Below are positions 1 to 8,063 of a stretch of DNA of 11,091 bases, piece after piece. A program made the position numbers and the translations under genes. Where the stretch lies: contig JBHGNT010001195.1 in NCBI GenBank assembly GCA_043228905.1, positions 1-11,091 on the forward strand, read 5' to 3'. Under the pieces are notes generated by a model that saw nothing but the letters and a program-made list of their open reading frames with translations, did not search any database and was not told the origin of the DNA. Numbering within the stretch: the stretch's first letter is position 1; the number at the start of each line of letters is the position of its first letter. The DNA comes from Azolla caroliniana (Eukaryota > Plantae > Polypodiophyta).

Positions 1-42
1 CTCGCACAACCCACATTATCTGAGCTCTCACACTCTCTCAGT

Positions 43-98
43 TCTCCTCTCTCTCTGTCTCTCTCCCTCCCTCCCTCCCTCCCTCTCTCTCTCTCTCT
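43..98. repeat. Compound (CT)n/(CCCT)n microsatellite
   Basis: Read directly: ctctctct...(ccct)5...ctctctctct. Confidence 0.9.
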
Positions 99-206
99 GT
101 GTTCTACACTCACACTCTACACTAGTTTGCAACTATATTTCTCTTACACACAGAGATAATACACACCTAAAACTTAACTCCTATATATATATTCGACCAT
201 TCGGCC

Positions 207-295
207 GACTCTCATTCGGCCTCTCAACCGATTTCGGTTACCCTACTCCCATTCAACCGTTTCTGCCAGTTGACTCTTGTTCGGCCTCTCAGCCG
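207..295. repeat. 24-bp imperfect direct repeat (207-230 and 272-295), putative U3 repeats
   Basis: gactctcattcggcctctcaaccg vs gactcttgttcggcctctcagccg, 21/24 identical. Confidence 0.75.
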
Positions 296-641
296 CTTCA
301 TGGCTTTTCAGCCATCTTCCCCATCAAGAAGGACAAGCTTACATAACAGAGTCCACCTTAAATGCAGAAAATAGACTTCCACATAGCTATGTAACCATTA
401 CTCTCATCGGCCAAGTAGTCTGTGGTTTTTGTCATGGAGGAGTTTCATATATGCCTTCCTCTATTCTTGTCATGGTGTCTCACGTATACTTGGATTTTTA
501 TTTTTCTTCATTACTTCAAGCCCCAAATTCTAGATAAAGAAACAAAATTGAATACATGGATTATTGTGTCATTCAATAAAACGTGTAATTATTTATTGAA
601 AATACAAATAAGACATAAAAAAGGTCAATAAGTCCCAATTG

Positions 642-745
642 ATATTCCTACACATGTAGCCACATCCAAAGAAAAAATGATAAAGTCATTGAAATATTCC
701 TACACATCTAACCATATCCAAAGAAAAAATGATAAAAGTCATTGA
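642..745. repeat. 52-bp tandem duplication
   Basis: atattcctacacatgtagccacatccaaagaaaaaatgataaagtcattga (642-692) recurs at 694-745 with 3 substitutions and a 1-nt indel. Confidence 0.92.
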
Positions 746-2612
746 TATGCCATTCCAATGGACAGAGATAGAGGACAAGGCATACATAGCCCTAAAAGAC
801 AAGGCATACATGGCACCGGTCATCCAACCACCGGATTGGATGTCACCATTCCATGTATTTGTCGACGTGTGGGACATTGCCATCAGCATCGCTCTCATGC
901 AACTAACTGAGCCAAACTGGTATCGATTCATCTACTATTCAAGCCAAAAACTTTGAAAGCCGAATGGAATAACTCAGCAACTGAGTGAGAAACCTTGGGT
1001 GTGATATATAGTATCAACAAATTTTTGACACTACCTATTGGGCCGGAAGTTCGTGTTCCACGTGGATCATGCAGCCCTCCTGTATCTGGTTTTGAAACAG
1101 TTGCTAATGGGGAAGTTGGCTCGATGGATGCTATTACTACAAGAGTTCGAATTCAAAATTCAGCATCGGCTACGCACTTAGCACGCTGTCACGGATTACC
1201 TAAGCCACATTGAGAATGGTGAAGACACTGCGAGGTGCGATGACGATTTCCCGGATAGTGGAATTTTATGAATTTCTGCAAGCAAGGTCGACACGGACAA
1301 GGTGATGCTAGAAGACAAATGGCTTGAAGAAATGAGTCATTTCCTGACCACCGGCTTACCTCCCCCACAGATGAGAATGGACGAGAAGAAGTGGTTGACA
1401 GTACAAAGTCGAAACATTTGCCTACTAGAGGGCACACTTTACCACAAAGGGAGCGACGACATTTGGTAGCGATGCATTCGACGTGATGAAAAGGAAGAGA
1501 TATTACGGGAAGCACATCGCGGAATAGCTAGGGGACATTACGACGGTGAAGCAACAACAAGGAAAATATGGCAAAGTGGCCTATCGTGGCCAACCATGCA
1601 GAAAGATGGCCATATGTACTGCCGACAATGTGATTTATGCTGGTGAATGGACCAAGCCACAGAATGGGCCCATATGCCTCATCAGCCCGTATTGCCATTG
1701 GAACGATTCCGAAAATGGGGCCTTGACTTCATTAGTCCATTCACCCCAGTCGTAGCATGCACAAGAAACAGATATATCCTAGTCACGATAGATTACTGCA
1801 CGACATGGGTAGAAGCAAAAGCCTTACGTGACAACACGGCGGTGTCCACTGCAAAGTTCCTTTACGAAAACATCTAGTGTCGGTTTGGATGCCCCATCGA
1901 AATCATAAGCGATCAAGGAGGCCATTTCCTCAATAAGGTGGTACACAGATTCATGGATCACTACACCATAGTTCACAAGAAGAGCACCCCGTATTACCCC
2001 TAGGAAAACAGACTCGTGGAGTCGACGAACAAAACCTTACAGAACATTTTGAAGATTGTCCACGAAAACCGCACCAACTAGGACATGAAGCTTCAAAGCG
2101 CCATCTGGGCATATCGAACAAGCTTTAAAACCAACATCCAATCCACCCCATTCCGGTTATCCTTTGGCCTCGAAGCGGTGATGCCTATCAAATTCTAGAT
2201 TTTGAGTCTATGCGTACAGATCAGTGAAAGTAGGGTACTAAGCATGGCGATTTTGGAACAGGAACAACGCCATCTTAAAGCATTTGTCGACCGGCATTAG
2301 GGAGGAAACGAAAAAGCTTTCGAAATCGGAAAGGCCGTACTCGTGTTCCAGACACCCATGGGGAAAATGTCGGGCAAACTATGTTTTCAGTGGATAGGGC
2401 CATACTGGATAGTCGGTGTCGAAAACAACACCTTCAAACTAGGAACTATAGTCGGAGAAATTTTGCGACAAAAGCTCAACGGATTTTAACTAAAACCTTA
2501 CTCGGGACCCACACCCCCAAATCTATTCGAAAATCCCGTAGAGTTAACAATTAAAGAAGCCAGCCAACTTCCTACCAAATCAACCTCGGGCGGTGGACCC
2601 ACCCTCCATTAA
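744..2612 (+). pseudogene. pol: Gypsy pol remnant: RT connection, RNase H, integrase (HHCC, DD35E, GPY)
   Basis: PFQW...APVIQPPDW.SPFHVFVD...IYYSS; YLLGRKFVFHVDH...GKLARWMLLLQEF; EAH.....GHY...CRQCDLC; WGLDF, ISDQGGHF, then E exactly 35 residues after D (NRLVES); WAYRT; WIGPYWI; NGF*LKPY. Natural stop TAA at 2610-2612. Frameshifts near 955 and 1025, and many in-frame stops (e.g. 1644, 1875, 2001, 2079, 2196, 2298). Confidence 0.95.
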
Positions 2613-3024
2613 TACGGACCCTATTGTCAAATAGTGTAATATTAGTGCAAACTATTAATAGCTATTATGTATGAAAAAAAAGAAAAAGAAAAAGAAAACG
2701 AAAAAGGCACTTAGAGCTATATTTAAGGTTTTGCATGTAGGCATGCAAACCAAGAAAGCAAGTACTCTCTAAATTCCCACACGTGGATGACATGGCTCGA
2801 AGGATCTTGGACACTATTGTTCCCACCACACAAAAAGGTAAACTAAGTCATCTCTCCAACCTTGCACTACACATAAGCTCTCCTCACTCCACTTGCTCTC
2901 CTCGTTGTCTCTGCTCTGAAAAAGCTTTGCGCCCTCGCTTACACTCTCACACACTATCTGCACACTCTCCTCGCTCTTCTCTCCACGTAGATAACTCCTC
3001 TGCTCAACCGACTCTAAGACATCC

Positions 3025-4057
3025 ATGACTATCGACATCTCCCTTGCTCTGAGATGGTTGCTCAACAACCACGGGCTAGCCGGATATATCAAAGTGACAG
3101 AAGCGCCACCCCACCCCAACTGCCACAAAATGGCGACACATATCAACTTGGATACTATTACGAATGCCACAATCTGTAAGAAGCTAGGCCTAAGCCCCAC
3201 CAGGTAATTCCACTTCGAGATCCCCCCCACGGAGGTGTTGGAGCATTATTTTGGGGAATACTCACTCTCCGCCAAGGCATATTGAATGAAGCTTGCCTCC
3301 GATCCATTCTTTCGAGAGATAACCAAGTTTCTGTTGGAGGTCACCTGTGTTCATCTCAACATATATGGTATATGCCAAAATAGAAGGTCAGGATCATTAT
3401 CATGACCTTTGAGGGACACACCGTCGATTGGGGTGTAATCATGGGGGCATCCTTGTGCGAAGGTCGCCATGCCTTCCAAGCCGGCAAGAAGCTCCGTCCT
3501 ATCATTCAACAATACTTCACTGTATTGTTTTCCCCAATGGCCCTCCCAGCTTCGTGCTCGTGTCGGCCATCGCCATCCCAACATTAGCAAAAATGACACC
3601 TCGAAGACCTTACCACCTCGGTTTGGGAAGAGGAAGGCAGTACCCGACCACCAAAGTCCTCCACGCCACGAAACGCACAAATGTCGGTCCACACCACGGA
3701 CTAGGAGGCAAAAGAACAACTCCATAGCCCCAAAACCAAACGACGACGACTTAATCGGAAAAAGGCCAAGGCTTGGCAAAAGACACTACAACACAACCCT
3801 CACTTGGGGCATTGATAGACGGTGAACCCACATTGACCTTTGATGAAATTCCAAGGTCACAATCGTCCTTGACCGGGAATATGGAGAGAGGAAAAGGCAT
3901 CCTAACCCCGGACAACGTCATGATGGCATACCCGGAAATGCCAGTCATAGCCCATGAGTTCTCGGCTCTATTATAGTTCAGCACGACGTTCGAAGTCATG
4001 GAGTTCTTGGCTTTACAAGGTGAAAGCAAGCTACGGAGAAAAAACACTACAATTTAA
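3025..4057 (+). pseudogene. Decayed accessory ORF downstream of pol (env position), function unknown
   Basis: Reading through isolated stops (3205, 3283, 3381) and a frameshift near 3350-3370 gives MTIDISLALRWLL...VLEHYFGEYSLSAKAY*MKLASDPFFREITKFLLEV...WYMPK*KVRIIIMTFEGHTVDWGVI...RPIIQQYFTVLF. A low-complexity P/S/T/E/K region follows, with KTKRRRL and ERGKGIL. GC content matches pol and drops abruptly at about 4035-4060. Confidence 0.65.
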
Positions 4058-4275
4058 AATAAATCCAATAAAAGTGACTAAAAAGTTGACCATCACTTAT
4101 GAAAAAAAAAAAAGTCACATATAATAGGTTCAAATTTTAAAATAACAAGAAATCCACAGATCCTTCCAATGTTATGTCTCTATCCAAGTGTCCCTCATGT
4201 AATCAATTCCAGTGGAGGTTGAAGGTGCTTATACAGAGTCTTTAATTGTTAAAGATCTCGAATTGACAGTGAGTG

Positions 4276-4277
<2 letters not shown>

Positions 4278-4313
<36 letters not shown>
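4278..4313. repeat. (TC)18 microsatellite followed by a degenerate CT-rich tract to about 4440
   Basis: Read directly. Confidence 0.95.
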
Positions 4314-4316
<3 letters not shown>

Positions 4317-4548
4317 CTACCTCACAATAGTGGATGTTCAAGTTACTCTCTTTCTCTCGCTCAGATCTGTCTCTGTCTTTGTCTCTATCTCTTTGTCTGT
4401 CTCTTTCTCAAATATCCCTCTCTCTCAGATCTCTCTTTGCTTCTTCTACATTCAGAGGTGTTCAAGTTGTGATGATGCTTCAGACCGTTTGCATCTCCAG
4501 GGAACTACGTTCTTTGTTTGCTTTGACCCTTCTACAACCTCAAGGTGC

Positions 4549-4803
4549 TCTTTGCTCACTTTGTTCCCTTTGCTCACCATGTCCCCACCATCTCTGCTTG
4601 CTGGTGCTTGTTGTGTCCCATCATCCAGAGCGAACAAGTGTTCTCTACTCTTTGTTGTTGTTGTGACCCATTTGCAGTGAACATGCGTTCTCTGATCTTT
4701 GTTGTTGTGATCCCTCTATGGTGTACCAGGCATTCTTTGCTCACTCTTTCCCCTCTGCTTGTTGTGTTCATACCATCTTTGCTCGATGTCCTTGCTGTGA
4801 CCC
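4549..4803. repeat. Degenerate pyrimidine/TG-rich direct repeats
   Basis: An approximately 70-bp unit tctttgctcact...accatct.tgct...cttg.tgtg.ccc at 4549-4619 and 4734-4803. Between them are two approximately 30-bp copies of gttctct..tctttgttgttgtga.cc near 4640 and 4686. Confidence 0.7.
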
Positions 4804-4983
4804 CTCGACAATGAGCATGCAACGACCTCTTCAAATGACACAACATCCAGGTCTCCTCCTATTGTAGGTTTTGTTGCATGATCTACAACAAGTTTTGGGC
4901 AAATAACTTGTCACTCTATCACATATTCATTGAGAAGTTTCAACTATTCGAGAAGAGGTATAGTCTTGTTGATTATGTTTGTA

Positions 4984-5730
4984 AATGCTCATTTGAGAGT
5001 CTTGTATAGAAATATGCTTGAGTCTTGTACATGTTCCTTATAGTAAGGGGGTGCTATGATGATATGATGATATTTATATATTATCTTCCTCAACATGTTC
5101 TTATTGAGTATGTTTGTTGTTGTTTTTGCTCTTCATTTGTCTTATTTTTCAAATGTGTTCATTTGAGAGTCTTGTACAGAAATATGCTTGAGTCTTGTAC
5201 ATGTTCACATATGGTAAGGGGGCGTTATGATGATATGATGTTATTTATATGTTATCTTCCTCAACATGTTCTTGTTGAGTATGTTTGTCGTCTTGTTTTT
5301 CAAATGTGTTCATTTGAGAGTCTTGTACATGTTCACATATGGAAAGAGGGTGCTATGATGATATGGTGTTATATGTATATGTTATGCTCCTCAACATGTT
5401 CTTGTTGAGTATGTTTGGTGATGTTCTTGCTCTTGTTCTATAGATAGTTGTTGTTGTTGTTCTTTTTGTTGATGTTCTTGTTTTCTCTAGTGTTCATCAG
5501 AGAATTGAGACATGAATCTTATACTTGTTTAGGCTTGGAAAAGGGTGCCTCATTTAGTACTATTGTGATGACATGTCCAAGAAGTGTTTTGTTCTTGATC
5601 TAAACTATTATGTCATGTTCTTGTCATTTTTGTTGATGTTGTTGCAATTTTTGTTCTTTTTTTTCTCAGTGTTCATTTGCGAGTCAAGATTTAGATATTT
5701 TGTGATGACATGTATACTATGTTAATACTA
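4984..5730. repeat. Tandem repeat, unit about 150-180 bp; 3 good copies plus about 2 degenerate copies
   Basis: The anchor catttgagagtcttgta occurs at 4990, 5160 and 5311, with shared tatgatgatatg and tcctcaacatgttctt.ttgagtatgtttg blocks. Weaker gtgttcat anchors occur near 5490 and 5669. Confidence 0.85.
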
Positions 5731-6459
5731 TGTTGTGGAAGCTTTTTTAGAAGACACCCACGAAGAGGGCACTAGTCAAAGATGAAGTGAAGACACCCAC
5801 AAAGGAAAGAACTTGGACCCCCCATCAAAGAAAGCAAATAGACACACACCAAAGAAAGGGTGAAGCGCATGTGCTTTTGCATGTAAGGTTCAAGTGAGAT
5901 TGAAATTGATTGGTAAGACTTTACTCGTCACTAGTCATCACATTATAGAGAGTCCTCTAGTACAAACACTCGCTTGAAGTCTCAGGATGCCTCTGAGCAT
6001 ATCTCTCCTTTTACCTTCTATGGTTTATATTTTTCTCCTTTAGCTAATATGTTGTAGTTTGTGTCTCCAAGTGTTAAGTGTGTATTCTCTGGCCTTGGAT
6101 TCAAGCTCAAGGTTATGGATGTTCTAATTACATTGTGTTTGCACACATATCATACGCTATGTGCTAGTACCACTTTGAGAAAGTAAATACATGTATGGAT
6201 TGTAAAAGTACAATTGGAGTTGAATAGTACTTAGCTATGGGTTTCAAAGTTCACTCATGTGGTCTGTGATACTACTATTATGTTTTTTGTATTCTCTGAT
6301 TCCATTTTATATTTGCTTCAGTATTGGTTTAGGTCACAATTCATACCAAAAAATAGAAAATTCATGGTTTAGTACTGGTTTCACTCCATATACTATATGT
6401 TGCAGCGATATTTATGTTGTTTAGTTCTTGTGCATACATCATAACTAATTTTACATGTT

Positions 6460-7648
6460 GGTGTATAGTTGTTGTAGTACTAAACATGCTACTTTGATTG
6501 AATCCCATTCTATATTTAGGTGGGCTAGGACAGTCATAGTACACACTTTAGGAGACCTTTAGGTGTACAGTTGGTGTAGTACTAGAATCCATCCTATATT
6601 TAGGTGAGGTAGTACTAACATAGTACACACTTCATTCTGCAATTAGTTGTACAATTAGTTTAGTACTAGAATCCATTATATATTTAGGTGGGCTAGTACT
6701 AGCATAGTACACACTTTAGGAGACCTTTAGGTGTACAGTTGGTGTAGTACTAGAATCCATCCTATATATAGGTGAGGTAGTACTAACATAGTCCACACTT
6801 CATTCTGCAATTAGTTGTACAATTAGTTTAGTACTAGAATCCATTCTATATTTAGGTGGGCTAGTACTAGCATAGTACACACTTTAGAAGACCTTTAGGT
6901 GTACAATTGGTACACCTAAAGGTGTACCAATTAGTTTAGTACTAGAATCCATTCTATATTTAGGTGGGCTAGTACTAGCATAGTACACACTTTAGAAGAC
7001 CTTTAGGTGTACAATTGGTGTAGTACGAGAATCCATCCTGTATTTAGGTGAACTAGTACTAACATAGTACACACTTCATTATGCAATTAGTTGTACAGTT
7101 GGTATAGTACTAGAATACATTCTATATTTAGGTGAGCTACGTCATGCATAATACACATTTCAAGAGACCTTTAGGTGTACTGGTGGTGTAGTAGTAGAAT
7201 TCATCCTATATTTAGGTGAGCTAGTACTAACATAGCACACACTTCATTCTGCAATTAGTTGTACAATTGGTTTAGTACTAGAATCCATTCTATATTTAGG
7301 TGAGCTAGGACAAGCATAGTACACACTTCATTCTGCAATTAGTTGTACAATTGGTTTAGTACTAGAATCCATTCTATATTTGGGTGAGCTAGGACAAGCA
7401 TAGTACACACTTCAGGAGATCTTTAGGTGTATAGTTGGTGTAGTACTAGAATACATCCTTTATTTAGGTCAGTTCGTATTAACATAGTACACACTTCATT
7501 CTGCAATTAGTTGTATAGTTGGTTTAGTATTAGAATCCATTCTATATTTAGGTGGGCTAGGATAGGCATAGTACACACTTCAAGAGACCTTTAGTTGTAC
7601 AATTGGTGTAGTACTAGAATCCATCTTATATTTAGTTGAGCTAGTACT
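6460..7648. repeat. 84-bp satellite/minisatellite array with A/B higher-order dimer (168 bp), about 14 monomers
   Basis: GAATCCAT-type monomer starts at 6500, 6585, 6669, 6753, 6837, 6945, 7029, 7113, 7197, 7281, 7365, 7449, 7533 and 7617 (spacing 84, except 85 and 108). Type A carries gagacctttaggtgtac; type B carries ttctgcaattagttgtac. Confidence 0.97.
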
Positions 7649-7899
7649 TGAGAGGAAAAGGGCTCGGCCACAACCGAGATTCAAACACTTAATGAAAGAA
7701 CAAGAACAAAAGTGGAGGTTCGTACACTTACACCGAATAGACAACACAAGATGTTTACGTGAAAAACCCTCAACGGGAAAAACCATGGGAGCCCACAGAT
7801 CCCAACTATCACTACGAAGGGAGGAATACAAATAGTGGCTCCGAGGCAACGACCTCAAGCTTTGTATCTTCGCGAAAAGGTGGTTACAAACAGAAAACA

Positions 7900-7904
<5 letters not shown>

Positions 7905-7980
<76 letters not shown>
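7905..7980. repeat. Perfect (GT)38 microsatellite inside the Copia LTR
   Basis: 76 bp of uninterrupted GT. Confidence 0.97.
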
Positions 7981-7983
<3 letters not shown>

Positions 7984-8047
7984 CCTGTCTCTTTGTACAA
8001 CGATGATACAACTAACTCACTCTCTCACAAGTGATTGCCCTAAGTCA

Positions 8048-8063
8048 TATTTATACTTATATA
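8048..8063 (-). promoter_or_regulatory. LTR TATA box(es): TATATAA (8063-8057) and TATAAATA (8055-8048)
   Basis: Consensus TATA about 215-225 nt into the LTR, followed by a GA-rich stretch as is typical of plant LTR promoters. Confidence 0.7.

Larger units (their letters stand above)
1..348 (-). mobile_element. Probable LTR (3' LTR of a minus-strand LTR retrotransposon), running off the left edge of the window
   Basis: On the minus strand a purine-rich TTAAGGTGGA lies 3 nt before TGTTATGTAAG (starts at 348). It is followed by GC-rich imperfect direct repeats (U3-like, 207-295), a TATATATATA box (182-192) and a GA-rich tract (R/U5-like, 43-98). The CA end and partner LTR are not in the window, and no pol belonging to it is recognisable. 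Confidence 0.5.
744..4057 (+). mobile_element. Truncated internal region of a Ty3/Gypsy non-chromovirus LTR retrotransposon (Athila/Phygy-like)
   Basis: Domain order RT-connection, RNase H, integrase is Gypsy-type. No chromodomain follows the GPY motif, and no extra RNase H lies between RH and INT. A decayed extra ORF follows downstream. No LTRs are visible, and the RT catalytic core and gag are missing. Confidence 0.8.

Noticed and set aside
349-366. Primer-binding site after a plus-strand LTR ending CA at 348 (which would link it to the Gypsy pol)
   Set aside because: It does not begin with TGG or match a tRNA 3' end I recognise. The minus-strand PPT/U3/TATA order fits better.
381-392. Perfect 12-bp palindrome acatagctatgt
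   Set aside because: A few such palindromes are expected by chance in 11 kb, and there is no supporting context.
2673-2707. Long A/G tract after Gypsy pol as a possible PPT before a 3' LTR
   Set aside because: Not immediately followed by a TG-starting LTR-like sequence; an ORF relic follows instead, so it is treated as an A-rich spacer.
4102-4113. A12 run as a SINE/LINE or retrogene tail
   Set aside because: No target-site duplication, Pol III boxes or LINE-like upstream sequence is visible.
4212-4846. Overlapping ORFs of 61-135 aa (SLSLSL..., LCLCL...)
   Set aside because: Artefacts of the CT microsatellite and A-poor composition, which lack stop codons.
5025-5408. 127-aa Cys/Tyr/Met-rich repetitive ORF
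   Set aside because: Translation of the T-rich tandem repeat; starts at TTG, and the third copy shifts frame.
6460-7648. CRISPR-like array (regular spacing, palindromic conserved blocks)
   Set aside because: The variable segments are only two recurring variants (A/B), not unique spacers. There are no cas genes and the context is eukaryotic retrotransposons.
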